64,000 nucleotides of DNA from Limnochordia bacterium (GTDB lineage Bacteria; Bacillota; Limnochordia; Darwinibacteriales; Darwinibacteriaceae), in contig JBMNKP010000002.1 in NCBI GenBank assembly GCA_050952265.1, forward strand, positions 65,112 through 129,111, written 5' to 3'. The notes beneath the pieces were generated by a model. That model did not search any database. It was given only the letters and a program-made list of their open reading frames with translations, and was not told the origin of the DNA. A program made the position numbers and the translations under genes. Below are positions 1-9,662 of the stretch, piece by piece. The first letter of the stretch is position 1, and each line of letters opens with the position of its first letter.

Positions 1-1
1 G

Positions 2-937
2 AGTGTCTGCCTGAACAGCATCATTGTTTCACTGCTGTTCCGCACCACTCCCGATATGGTCAAGCTGCTGCTGGTCGATCCGAAACGTGTGGAGCTTTCG
101 GTCTACGATGGCATCCCGCACCTGATCTGTCCAGTAGTCACTGATCCCAAAAAAGCCGCCATCGCCCTGCGCTGGGCGGTGGGCGAGATGGAGCGCCGCT
201 ACGAATTGTTCGCAGAAGTGGGCGTGCGCAATATTGAGATGTACCACGAATGGTCTATGCAGGCGCCCGAAGGGGAGCAGAGAGAGCACCTTCCCTATGT
301 GGTCGTGGTAGTGGACGAACTGGCAGACCTTATGATGGTGGCTGCAGCCGAAGTTGAGGACGCTATCTGCCGCTTGGCTCAGATGGCCAGGGCTGCGGGG
401 ATGTACCTGATCATCGCCACGCAGCGCCCCTCCGTGGATGTTATCACCGGTCTCATAAAGGCCAACGTGCCATCCAGGATCGCCTTCGCAGTGTCCAGCC
501 AGGTGGACTCCCGCACCATCCTCGATATGGGAGGAGCAGAGCGGCTGCTGGGCAAGGGCGACATGCTGTACTATCCCATCGGAGCATCCAAACCAGTGCG
601 GGCGCAGGGGGCTTGGATCTCCGATCAAGAAGTGGAGGCCGTGGTCAAGTACTGGAAGGAGCAGGGCGAACCGGAGTATCACGGGGACATCGCGGCAGAC
701 ACACCCGAGATCACCCTGCGGGACGATGAGGAAGATGAACTGCTTGAAGATGCCATCCGCTTGGTCGTTGAAAGCGGCCAGGCGTCCATCTCCATGCTGC
801 AGAGGAGATTCCGCATCGGCTACAGCCGTGCGGCGCGGCTCATTGATATGATGGAAGTCAGGGGAATAGTTGGGGGTTATCAGGGCAGCAAGCCGCGGGA
901 GGTTCTGGTGGATAAAGCACTCTTTGAAGAAAGGTGA
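2..937 (+). CDS. ftsK: FtsK/SpoIIIE family DNA translocase, C-terminal part (5' end outside window)
   Basis: The reading frame is open from position 2. The translation has the FtsK motor/gamma-domain motifs [22 protein letters not shown] and [27 protein letters not shown]. The stop is at 935-937. Confidence 0.9.
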   Translation, partial: SVCLNSIIVSLLFRTTPDMVKLLLVDPKRVELSVYDGIPHLICPVVTDPKKAAIALRWAVGEMERRYELFAEVGVRNIEMYHEWSMQAPEGEQREHLPYVVVVVDELADLMMVAAAEVEDAICRLAQMARAAGMYLIIATQRPSVDVITGLIKANVPSRIAFAVSSQVDSRTILDMGGAERLLGKGDMLYYPIGASKPVRAQGAWISDQEVEAVVKYWKEQGEPEYHGDIAADTPEITLRDDEEDELLEDAIRLVVESGQASISMLQRRFRIGYSRAARLIDMMEVRGIVGGYQGSKPREVLVDKALFEER

Positions 938-945
938 GGGACAGG

Positions 946-1341
946 ATGGGAGTGGGTGCACTGTTGGAGAAGGCCCGGATCGAACAGGGCCTGACGATTG
1001 AGGATGTGGCGGAGCGCACCAAGATCAAACCCCAGTTTCTGCAGGCGATTGAACAGGAACAGTTCCACTTGCTGCCCGATAAAGCCTATGTTCGGTCGTT
1101 CATCCGGACCTACGCCAGAGCCTTGGGTGTGGAGGATCAGCTGGCAGTCCAGGGGGATCTTGGCGAAGCTGCCCTGGGCGTGGACGACCTTTCCGCCAGC
1201 ATCCGCAAGCGCAGGGAGCGGGCCCGCAGGGCGCGCCGCAACCGCTTTTTGATCCGCGTGGCAGTAGTCATCTTGGTTTTGGCAGGAGCTGCGTTCTTAG
1301 CATACTGGATGATGTTTAGGGGGAACTTCTGGGTTGAATAA
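946..1341 (+). CDS. RodZ-like helix-turn-helix (XRE-type) protein with a C-terminal transmembrane segment
   Basis: The N-terminal HTH reads LLEKARIEQGLTIEDVAERTKIKPQFLQAIE and the C-terminus is hydrophobic. The start is ambiguous between GTG 934 (overlapping the ftsK stop) and ATG 946. Confidence 0.6.
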   Translation: MGVGALLEKARIEQGLTIEDVAERTKIKPQFLQAIEQEQFHLLPDKAYVRSFIRTYARALGVEDQLAVQGDLGEAALGVDDLSASIRKRRERARRARRNRFLIRVAVVILVLAGAAFLAYWMMFRGNFWVE

Positions 1342-2233
1342 CAGGGATTATCTGGTCCGGGCGATGCTCGGAGAGAATCAAGCCAGGGTGATCGCAGTTA
1401 GGACTACGGGAGTGGTCAGCGAGGCGCAGGCTCTGCACGGCACCACCCCGGTTGCCACAGCCGCCCTGGGGCGCACCTTGACCATGGGGCTAGTCCTCGG
1501 CGCCATGCTCAAGGCTGAAGAAACCATCACCATACAGATTAAGGCAGACGGACCACTGGAAGGCATCATCGTTTCGGCCAACTCAAAGGGCCAGGTGAAG
1601 GGGTATGTCGGCAATCCCGGAGTTGAGCTGGACCTGAATGCCGCGGGGAAACTGGCAGTTGGTCAGGCTGTAGGCCGTGGCCATCTGCATGTTATCCGGG
1701 ACATGGGTCTGAAGGAGCCTTACCATGGGACCGTTCCCCTGCAGAGCGGCGAGATCGGCGATGATTTCGCCTACTACTTCACCGTGTCCGAACAGACGCC
1801 TTCGGCTGTTCTCGTAGGTGTCTTGGTAGGTGTCGACGGCGTCCCCTTGGGCAGCGGCGGGGTGGTGGTGCAGCTCATGCCCGGTGCTGCCGAGGACGAG
1901 GCGTTCATCGCCAGCCTGGAGGAGCGCATCCAAGCTGTGAAAGAGGTCAGTTCGCTTTTTGCCGGCAGCCGCAGCCCAGAGGAGATCGTTCAGGAGATCT
2001 TTGCCGGGCTGGAGCTACGCTTCATCGACCGCCGAGACGTGGCCTTCTCGTGCGACTGCTCCCGGGAGCGCTTTTCCCGGGGCCTGGTTACCCTGGGCGC
2101 GGAGGAGCTGCAGGAGATGGTGGACGGGGGTGAACCCGTGGAGATCCACTGCCGTTTCTGCAGCAAGCGTTATGTCTTCACGATTGAGGAAGTAGCCGAG
2201 CTGCTCAAGGAGCTTGGGAGTACCCGAGCATAA
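1334..2233 (+). CDS. hslO: Hsp33 redox-regulated chaperone
   Basis: The sequence aligns along its full length with Hsp33 (DYLVRA..VRTTGVV..GEIGDDFAYYF) and has the C-terminal CxC...CxxC zinc centre. It starts at TTG 1334, overlapping the upstream stop. Confidence 0.9.
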   Translation: MNNRDYLVRAMLGENQARVIAVRTTGVVSEAQALHGTTPVATAALGRTLTMGLVLGAMLKAEETITIQIKADGPLEGIIVSANSKGQVKGYVGNPGVELDLNAAGKLAVGQAVGRGHLHVIRDMGLKEPYHGTVPLQSGEIGDDFAYYFTVSEQTPSAVLVGVLVGVDGVPLGSGGVVVQLMPGAAEDEAFIASLEERIQAVKEVSSLFAGSRSPEEIVQEIFAGLELRFIDRRDVAFSCDCSRERFSRGLVTLGAEELQEMVDGGEPVEIHCRFCSKRYVFTIEEVAELLKELGSTRA

Positions 2234-2278
2234 ATCGTCTCCCCTTCCGCATATAGTGTTGTGGAAGGGGGAATAGCG

Positions 2279-3058
2279 ATGGCTAGAGTGGGAAAAACTG
2301 AAAAGAATGGTCCCGGCCTCTTATTTATCGTTGTTACGCTTATCGTGGTGGCCGTGGTGGGAGCGCGCTTTTTCGGTTTCATGCCTGGGGATAGGGAAGA
2401 AGAGGCACCGCGTCCCCCAGTGGTAAAAGTGGAAGATCCGGCGCCGCCAGAAGGTGAGCAGGTAGAGGCTGCTCCGAAGGTCCTGGTTTTCCACAGCCAT
2501 GCCTCTGAGAATTACAAGCCCAAGGACAGCCACGAGCGCAGCGGCGGAGGAGATGTGGTGGCGGTCGGTGAAGCTTTTGTGGAAGAACTGGCCTCCCTGG
2601 GCATCAAGGCCCTGCACGATCAGACGGTTCACGATCAGCCGCGCTACAGCGAAGCCTTTCTCAACTCAGAAAAGAAAGTAAGCGAGTATCTGGCCCAGAA
2701 TCCCACCATCCAGATAGTCCTGGATCTGCACCGCGATGGTCTCCAGGATAAACCGGACGACTATACCAAGGCCCGTGCGAATGGTATGGATGTGGCCAAG
2801 ATCCTCTTTGTGGTGGGTGACAAGGACAACGATCTGCTCGAGGAGAACCTCCGCTTCGCCCAAAAAGTGAGCGACGCCCTGGAGCAGCAGTATCCTGGAG
2901 TGACTCGAGGGGTGCGGGTTTTCAAATCTGATTACAGCGGCGAGCTCCATCCCAACAGCATCATGGTCCTGATCGGTGACTGGCGCGGCAATACGTTGGA
3001 GGAGGCGAAAGCCGCAGCTCGGTTGCTGGCCAGGGTACTTAAGCCCTTTGTGGAGTGA
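2279..3058 (+). CDS. SpoIIP-family protein (second paralog, stage II sporulation protein P-like)
   Basis: There is an N-terminal transmembrane segment followed by a SpoIIP-like core (VFHSHASENY, LDLHRD, ILFVVG). ATG 2279 follows the RBS GAAGGGGG. Confidence 0.65.
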   Translation: MARVGKTEKNGPGLLFIVVTLIVVAVVGARFFGFMPGDREEEAPRPPVVKVEDPAPPEGEQVEAAPKVLVFHSHASENYKPKDSHERSGGGDVVAVGEAFVEELASLGIKALHDQTVHDQPRYSEAFLNSEKKVSEYLAQNPTIQIVLDLHRDGLQDKPDDYTKARANGMDVAKILFVVGDKDNDLLEENLRFAQKVSDALEQQYPGVTRGVRVFKSDYSGELHPNSIMVLIGDWRGNTLEEAKAAARLLARVLKPFVE

Positions 3059-3088
3059 TTTGGCAAGTAGTCATTGGGAGTGAAATGG

Positions 3089-4441
3089 ATGAACCAGCAT
3101 ATACACCTTATTGGCATCGGTGGGACTGGTATGGGCCCGTTGGCCAAGGTCTTTTTAGAGATGGGGCACACAGTCAGCGGTTCTGATCTTCAACCTTCAG
3201 AGACCACCGATTATTTGATCAAACTAGGAGCGACGGTATACTTCAACCACTCTGCTGCGAATGTGAATGGAGCCACGCGAGTTATCTACTCCAGCGCGAT
3301 CACCGGGCAGAATCCAGAAATCATCGCGGCCCGTCAGAAAGGAATCGACGTTCTGCACCGTTCCGAGGTCCTCGCTCAACTGCTGAACAGCCGCAGGGGG
3401 ATAGCCGTGAGCGGGGCACACGGCAAGACTACCGTGACTTCCATGATCGCGCTGTGTTTGGAAATGGCAGGCACAGATCCAACTGTGCTTATTGGCGCGC
3501 ATTTTACTCCTTTTGGCCCAGGGGCCAAGTACGGCCACGGTGAATTTGTGGTGGCGGAAGCGGATGAGAGTGACGGGTCTTTCCTGCGCTACAACCCTGA
3601 GGTGTGCGTGGTGACGAGCATTGAGGCGGATCATCTGGAGAACTACAACGGCGCCTTTGAGTCTCTCATCGCCGGATATCGGAGGTTTCTCGGGAACTGC
3701 AAGCCGGGGGGCCTGCGCTTAATTGGCGTCGACCACCCTGTAGGCGCGTCGATCAGCCAGGAATATCCATGCGTCACTTACGGCTTCGCTCCCGGCGCCA
3801 ACTGGCGGGCAGAGGTACTGCATCTGGAACAGCAAAGATCCGCCTTCCGAGTGTACCGCGGCGAAACGTTCTTTGCCGATTTCGTACTCAACGTTCCCGG
3901 GCGTCACAACGTGTCCAACGCTCTGGCCTGCATCGCCGTATGCCACCATCTCGGCCTGACAATCCCGCAGATGCAGGGTGCTCTGCGCCAGTTCAGTGGG
4001 GCCAAGCGCCGTTTTGAGATGCTTGGTACCTGTCGGGGAGCATTGGTTGTGGACGACTATGCCCATCATCCCACGGAGATCGCTGCTGTGATCAGGGCCG
4101 CGCGGGAAGGTTGGCCGGCGAGGCGGATCGTCGCCGTCTTTCAGCCGCACCGCTATTCCCGGACCAAGCTTCTCTTCGAGGAGTTTGTACAGGCTTTTCG
4201 AGAGGCCGATGTCGTGATCATCACAGACATCTACGCTCCTCCCCCGGAGCAGCCAATTCCTAATGTGACCTCGGCGGTCCTAGCCGAGCGCGTGCGTTCC
4301 TTTAACGCACCCAAGAGTGTGTACTACATCCCACGGCAAGAAGATGTCGAGCCGTTTCTGCGGGAGTGGCTCACTGCCCGGGACTTGGTCTTGGTGATGG
4401 GAGCTGGGTCCATATCCCGTGTGGCCCACGATCTAGTCTAG
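3089..4441 (+). CDS. murC: UDP-N-acetylmuramate--L-alanine ligase
   Basis: The N-terminus HLIGIGGTGMG and the ATP-site motif GAHGKTTVTSM are Mur-ligase hallmarks. ATG 3089 follows GGGAG. Confidence 0.9.
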   Translation: MNQHIHLIGIGGTGMGPLAKVFLEMGHTVSGSDLQPSETTDYLIKLGATVYFNHSAANVNGATRVIYSSAITGQNPEIIAARQKGIDVLHRSEVLAQLLNSRRGIAVSGAHGKTTVTSMIALCLEMAGTDPTVLIGAHFTPFGPGAKYGHGEFVVAEADESDGSFLRYNPEVCVVTSIEADHLENYNGAFESLIAGYRRFLGNCKPGGLRLIGVDHPVGASISQEYPCVTYGFAPGANWRAEVLHLEQQRSAFRVYRGETFFADFVLNVPGRHNVSNALACIAVCHHLGLTIPQMQGALRQFSGAKRRFEMLGTCRGALVVDDYAHHPTEIAAVIRAAREGWPARRIVAVFQPHRYSRTKLLFEEFVQAFREADVVIITDIYAPPPEQPIPNVTSAVLAERVRSFNAPKSVYYIPRQEDVEPFLREWLTARDLVLVMGAGSISRVAHDLV

Positions 4442-5314
4442 TTCCCTTAGGTTAGCGATGGGATCATACATGACTGTACAGACCCGTTCCCTGCCGCTGG
4501 CGCTCACTACCACCAAGCGGTAGCGGAAGAGAGGGGTGAAAAGGATGGCCCCGCGCAGAGCTCGGATGGATAGGCCCGGATGCAGGCGTCCACGCAGTTC
4601 CTGGAGTTTTGCGGTGAATTCTGCCGTGGAGGTCCTGCCCTGGTAAAACTCACGAAGTTTCTTTTCTTCCTCAGCCATTTTCCCTAGAGCTTGCTCGACC
4701 CAAGACTGGTCGTCCTGGGACCAGAGCTCGCTGACGTGGGCAGCGGCCTTCAGGTAAGCCTGTTTGAGGCTGCACTTCCTTCTACGGATCTGCTCGGTTG
4801 GGACGCTTCCGGCCTGAAGCAGGTGGAAGGGAAAGGCGAACTTAAGAACTTCCCCCGAAGAGAGATTCACAACGATTGTGTGAAGGCTCTCTTTTTTCTG
4901 CAACCCTCGCGCTTGGGCTGACAGTTCGAGCTGCAGGTACTGACCAAAATGGGCAGAGCTTGTGAGCACGTAGGCGCGTCCGGTTCCAGCGCACTCTGCC
5001 AGGACACGCTTACGGATTCCTGGCTCGTGGAAGAGGTGGTGGGGGATGTGCGCCTGGCTGAGTAGTCCCTGCCCCTGTACGAGGCGGAGGATCGTGTTGA
5101 GGCGGTAACTCCCTGGACTGATCAGTTCGGCGCCATAGGCCTCGGCCAGGTCGCGTTGGAAAGAGAACTGGAGCAGACGGCCCTGTGCGCGCCAGCCATC
5201 GAGGGCCTGCATGAGACCGTCATCCGCCTTGACCTGCCATACCCCGGGGCAGACTTCGATGGGCCGGTGGCCGCAGAGAGCGAAGAAGTCAAAGACAAGC
5301 TGGCGGATGCTCAT
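4433..5314 (-). CDS. yqhG: YqhG-family conserved hypothetical protein
   Basis: The protein is 293 aa and lies immediately downstream of the Snf2 helicase, as B. subtilis yqhG lies with yqhH. Its ATG overlaps the helicase TGA in an ATGA arrangement. Confidence 0.55.
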   Translation of the reverse strand: MSIRQLVFDFFALCGHRPIEVCPGVWQVKADDGLMQALDGWRAQGRLLQFSFQRDLAEAYGAELISPGSYRLNTILRLVQGQGLLSQAHIPHHLFHEPGIRKRVLAECAGTGRAYVLTSSAHFGQYLQLELSAQARGLQKKESLHTIVVNLSSGEVLKFAFPFHLLQAGSVPTEQIRRRKCSLKQAYLKAAAHVSELWSQDDQSWVEQALGKMAEEEKKLREFYQGRTSTAEFTAKLQELRGRLHPGLSIRALRGAILFTPLFRYRLVVVSASGRERVCTVMYDPIANLRELD

Positions 5315-7083
5315 CCCTCCCAGGAAGCGGCCCTGATCTCGTCCCGGCTGCTCAGGATCTTCTCGGCAAGCCCGTCGAGCTGAGCCTGGATCTGCTCCCG
5401 CTCCTCATGTTCAAGGAAGATCTTCATGATCTCGCTTTCAAAGGACTTGCCAAGGTTGAGGTGGAGGAGGATGGCGTCGAGTTCGCCGATGATGGACTCG
5501 AACATGTTGATCTTCTTGTGCAGCAGGTACATGATGTGTTCTTCCACCGTGTCTTTGGTGATGAGGTTGTAGATGTGCACATCCCGCATCTGGCCTAAGC
5601 GGTGGACCCGCCCGATGCGCTGCTCCAGGCGCATGGGGTTCCAGGGGAGGTCGAAGTTTACCACCAAATTGCAGAACTGGAAATTCAGGCCCTCGCCACC
5701 GGATTCGGTGCTCACCAAGAACTGGGCTTCCCGTTGGAAGAGGTGGCGTACCCACTGTTTCTGACCACGGGACAGGCTGCCATCGAAGGCGAGGGTGCGG
5801 TAACCGGCCCTTTCCAGGCGGTAGCGGATGTACTCCTGCGATGCTCTGTACTCGGTGAAGATGATGGCTTTGTCCGAGAACTGGGCGACCAAGCGTTCCA
5901 GGGCATCGCACTTACTGTTCTGTTTCACCTCGGCCAGGTCCTTGAGGAGCGCGGCTGCCTCCGCCAACTCCGCTTCGGCGAGGCTGGCCATCATCTTTTC
6001 CAGGGTCAGGGCCACGGCCAGGAAGGACGAGCAGACTTCCCGCTGAAGGGTGATCAAGGGCAGCATGCTGCTTGGGCCCGCCCGCCGGCCCCTGGATTTG
6101 ATGAACTCGCTCACCCGTAGGTAGATCTCCTGCTCCCGGGGACCCAGAGCAACGATGATCGGGTGGACGATGCGCTCCGTGAACCTTACCGTGCCCTCCT
6201 CCCGACGGTTGCGGATCATCACTTGATCCAGGAGCTGACGCAGTTCCCTCGGGTTCTTCGGCGTACGCTTGTCAGCCATGAAGCGCCTTTTGAAGGACTG
6301 GTAGCTGCCGAGCTGTCCCGGTTTGATCAACCCGATCAGGTTGTAGAGTTCCTTGAGATCATTCTGCACAGGGGTTGCGGTCAGCATCAGGCAGTACTTT
6401 TTCTGAAGAGAGTTGACCAGACGGTAGCTGGCTGTTGAGCTGTTTTTCAGCTTGTGAGCTTCGTCAATGATGAGCAGGTCATAAACGATACTCTTGACGA
6501 TCGAGGCGTGGGGTTCCCTTTTCGCGGTATCCAGGGAAGCTATGAGCACATCGGCATAGGTCCAATCCCAGGGCGTGCGCTGGATCCCCGCGGCCAGGCC
6601 GAACTTTTCGTAGAGTTCGTAATACCACTGCCAGATCAAGTTAGCGGGAGTGAGGATCAGGACTTTCTTAACCAGACTGCGCAGCATATACTCTGTCAAG
6701 ATAAGCCCCGCTTCGATCGTCTTCCCCAAACCAACTTCATCGGCGAGGATCGCCTGCCCGTGCAGCTCATGGATGACCCGCTCTGCCGTGCGGATCTGAT
6801 GTTCATAGGGGATCACGCCCGTTTCCTGCCAGCGTTCTCTGAGGTGTTCTAAGGCCAGCAGCCCCTGCGTCTGGTTCTGGGCGGCCGCCAGCCGGTCAGC
6901 CCGCCTCGCCAGCTGGTACCATTCCCACGTGTCAAAGCGCCGGGCGCGCAGCTCTTTGACGATCCTGCCGAACCCAGCGGCCTCGATCTGGACTTGGAGT
7001 TTCCCAAGGCAGTACTCCTGAAGGACCGCCGCAGTGTCCTTAGGCGGCCAAGCGCTTGTGGTTTGGGGGAATAGGGGATGCAC
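5311..7083 (-). CDS. yqhH: Snf2/SWI2 family helicase (YqhH-like)
   Basis: The translation has the Snf2 motifs ILADEVGLGKT and LLIIDEAHKLKN plus the helicase C-domain motif QRIGRVHRLGQ. The likely start is GTG 7083, preceded by AAAGAGGAGG; the track ORF begins further upstream at 7128. Confidence 0.8.
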   Translation of the reverse strand: MHPLFPQTTSAWPPKDTAAVLQEYCLGKLQVQIEAAGFGRIVKELRARRFDTWEWYQLARRADRLAAAQNQTQGLLALEHLRERWQETGVIPYEHQIRTAERVIHELHGQAILADEVGLGKTIEAGLILTEYMLRSLVKKVLILTPANLIWQWYYELYEKFGLAAGIQRTPWDWTYADVLIASLDTAKREPHASIVKSIVYDLLIIDEAHKLKNSSTASYRLVNSLQKKYCLMLTATPVQNDLKELYNLIGLIKPGQLGSYQSFKRRFMADKRTPKNPRELRQLLDQVMIRNRREEGTVRFTERIVHPIIVALGPREQEIYLRVSEFIKSRGRRAGPSSMLPLITLQREVCSSFLAVALTLEKMMASLAEAELAEAAALLKDLAEVKQNSKCDALERLVAQFSDKAIIFTEYRASQEYIRYRLERAGYRTLAFDGSLSRGQKQWVRHLFQREAQFLVSTESGGEGLNFQFCNLVVNFDLPWNPMRLEQRIGRVHRLGQMRDVHIYNLITKDTVEEHIMYLLHKKINMFESIIGELDAILLHLNLGKSFESEIMKIFLEHEEREQIQAQLDGLAEKILSSRDEIRAASWEG

Positions 7084-7265
7084 ACCTCCACCTCCTCTTT
7101 GCGATCCTTCCCCGGTGGAGCGGTTCATATGAGGCTGCGGGAGCGATACAGACCCGGGGGCGGGAGGATTTTTCGCCTGGAACGAGAATAGTACTGAACA
7201 TGCCCGCTAGTGTTAGGTGCCGGACGGTCTCCATGTCCCCCGGCCACTGAGGAGGTTACGCTGCT

Positions 7266-8234
7266 ATGTATCGTTACATCATTCGGAGATTCATCTATCT
7301 TATCCCGATGCTCTTGGGGATCTCATCCCTCAGCTTTTTTATCATGCAGCTGGCTCCGGGTGACGCCTTGACCCAGATGGCACTCAGCCCGGATGTTACG
7401 GAGGAGATCATGGAGGCCATGCGGGCACGGTTCTGGTTGGATCAACCGCCGCACATGCAGTACATCCGCTGGATCACCCAATTGCTCAGGGGCGACATGG
7501 GCCACTCTTTCCTGTGGCATGCTCCCGTGACCTGGGTGATCAAACAGCGTGTTTTCAACAGCCTTCTGCTCACCGTGGTTTCGCTGATTGTCGCTTGGGC
7601 GCTGGCCATTCCCATCGGCATTCATTCCGCAGTACATCAATACTCCTGGAGCGACAAGCTGCTCACCTTCTTCGCCTTCATCGGGGTTTCGATACCCAAC
7701 TGGTTTCTGGGGCTGCTGCTCTTGTACCTGAACCTGACGAGGGGCTGGGGTCTGCCCATTGGAGGGATGACCAGCATCGACTTTGACCAGTTCACCTTTT
7801 GGGAGAAGGTGGTCGACTTAGCCCGCCACATGATCCTGCCCACCATCGTCCTCAGCACAGGAACCCTGGCCAGTCTCATGCGTTATATGCGCTCCAATCT
7901 TCTGGACGTCCTGAGGCAGGACTACGTGACCACGGCCCGGGCCAAAGGCCTCGCTGAACGCGTCGTAATCTACAAGCACGCCGTGCGAAACGCCATCAAT
8001 CCCCTGATCACCATCTTTGGGTTTCAGCTGGGCGGCATTCTCGGGGGTGCATCCCTGACGGAAATCGTCATGAACTGGCCGGGTATCGGCAGCTTGATGC
8101 TCAACGCGGTGCAGGGCCAGGATTACTACCTGGTCATGGGCAACCTGGTCATCGGCGCTGTCATGCTGATTCTGGGCAATCTGACGGCGGACATCCTGCT
8201 GGCAGCAAGTGATCCGCGGATCCGGTACGAGTGA
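7266..8234 (+). CDS. ABC transporter permease (OppB/DppB type)
   Basis: The protein has six predicted transmembrane segments, the N-terminal signature RFIYLIPMLLGISSLSFF and a binding-protein-dependent permease core. Confidence 0.85.
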   Translation: MYRYIIRRFIYLIPMLLGISSLSFFIMQLAPGDALTQMALSPDVTEEIMEAMRARFWLDQPPHMQYIRWITQLLRGDMGHSFLWHAPVTWVIKQRVFNSLLLTVVSLIVAWALAIPIGIHSAVHQYSWSDKLLTFFAFIGVSIPNWFLGLLLLYLNLTRGWGLPIGGMTSIDFDQFTFWEKVVDLARHMILPTIVLSTGTLASLMRYMRSNLLDVLRQDYVTTARAKGLAERVVIYKHAVRNAINPLITIFGFQLGGILGGASLTEIVMNWPGIGSLMLNAVQGQDYYLVMGNLVIGAVMLILGNLTADILLAASDPRIRYE

Positions 8235-8246
8235 GGTGCATAGGAC

Positions 8247-9365
8247 ATGACTCTGTTGAACAAGACGAAGGATCAACCTGAGTTTGCGGATAATGGCGGG
8301 GCACTGCGTTCGCCTTGGAAGATGGCCTGGAAGAAACTGCGCCGGCACAAGCTGGCCCTGGCCGGCATGTGGGTGCTCATCCTCCTGCATATCTTTGCCA
8401 TATTCGCCGATTTCTTCGCACCCTACAGCGAGTTGACCACGGACCGCAGGCGGACCTATCATCCGCCGACGCGGGTGCACATTTTCCACGAGGGCAAGCT
8501 GGTCAGGCCTTTTGTCTACGCGTACAAGCGGGTGGACAGCTTGAGGAACATCTATGAAGAAGATACCTCCACCATGTACCCCATCTACTTCTTCGTACGC
8601 GGCGACAAGTATAACATCCTTGGGGTAGAGAGCGATCTGCGCCTGTTCGGCGTCGAAGAACCTGGAAAACTCTATCTGTTTGGCGCAGACCGTTACGGAC
8701 GGGATATTTTCTCCCGTCTGGCATACGGCGGTCGGCGTTCGCTGTTTATCGGCATCATCGGTCTGATCATCAGCCTATCCATCGGTTTGATCTACGGAGG
8801 GGTGTCTGGGTACTTCGGCGGCTGGGTTGACAACATCATGATGCGCATCGCCGAGATCATCATCTCGATTCCCAGTTTCTACCTGCTGTTGGCCCTCAGC
8901 GCAGTGCTGCCCACAAACATACCCTCGGACCAGCGGTTTATGCTGATCGTGGCCATTTTAGGCTTCATCAACTGGGCCGGTCTGGCAAGGGTGATCAGGG
9001 GCATGGTGCTGTCCATAGCCAAGACGGAGTTCGTGGCGGGAGCGGAAGCCATCGGTGCTTCTCAACCGCGCATCATCATCCGCCATATCCTGCCTAACAC
9101 CATGAGCTACGTGATCGTACACGCGACGCTGTCCATCCCCGGCTTCATCCTGTCGGAATCCGGGCTGAGCCTCATCGGGGTAGGAATCCAGCATCCGGTG
9201 GCCAGTTGGGGCAACATGCTCTCCGAGGCGCTGAACCTGTCGTCGCTGACGCGCTATCCGTGGCTTTTGGTACCGGGGTTTTTCATCTTCATAACTGTTC
9301 TTTCTTACAGCTTCTTCGGCGACGGCCTGCGTGATGCCCTGGACCCGAAAAGCCGGACGACGTAA
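8247..9365 (+). CDS. ABC transporter permease (OppC/DppC type with long N-terminal extension)
   Basis: The C-terminal two-thirds form an OppC-like permease core (IISIPSFYLLLALSAVL). The long N-terminal extension resembles YejE/SapC-type permeases. Confidence 0.85.
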   Translation: MTLLNKTKDQPEFADNGGALRSPWKMAWKKLRRHKLALAGMWVLILLHIFAIFADFFAPYSELTTDRRRTYHPPTRVHIFHEGKLVRPFVYAYKRVDSLRNIYEEDTSTMYPIYFFVRGDKYNILGVESDLRLFGVEEPGKLYLFGADRYGRDIFSRLAYGGRRSLFIGIIGLIISLSIGLIYGGVSGYFGGWVDNIMMRIAEIIISIPSFYLLLALSAVLPTNIPSDQRFMLIVAILGFINWAGLARVIRGMVLSIAKTEFVAGAEAIGASQPRIIIRHILPNTMSYVIVHATLSIPGFILSESGLSLIGVGIQHPVASWGNMLSEALNLSSLTRYPWLLVPGFFIFITVLSYSFFGDGLRDALDPKSRTT

Positions 9366-9382
9366 TACCAGCAAGGCCGCGA

Positions 9383-9409
9383 GGGTGGAACTCAGCTTCT
9401 ACCCTTTTT
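9383..9409 (+). terminator. Rho-independent terminator after the second permease gene
   Basis: The hairpin gggtggaa-ctcagc-ttctaccc (one G-U pair) is followed by TTTTT. Confidence 0.55.
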
Positions 9410-9662
9410 GATAAGCGTATTGTGTTCGAAATGTTAAGGCAGTAAATTCCCGGGTGAGGCAAGAAAGAGTGCGTCTTTCGGCAGGACAACGGCCCTGCCG
9501 GTCGTATTATATAACGTAACTCCTGTCGACGATTTTGACAGTTGAGGCGGCATCTGTCGCTGAATTTCGTAGGGAAGGAGCAGTGATAGCACTTAGAAAA
9601 TCAAGGTGTGGCAGCAGTTGAGTATTCCGAAATCTTGTAAATGAGGGGGATCTGATCAGACC

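Noticed and set aside
5438-6120. 157-aa minus and 172-aa plus ORFs inside the helicase gene
   Set aside because: They are alternate or antisense frames within the Snf2 helicase coding region, with His/Pro/Arg-rich low-complexity translations.
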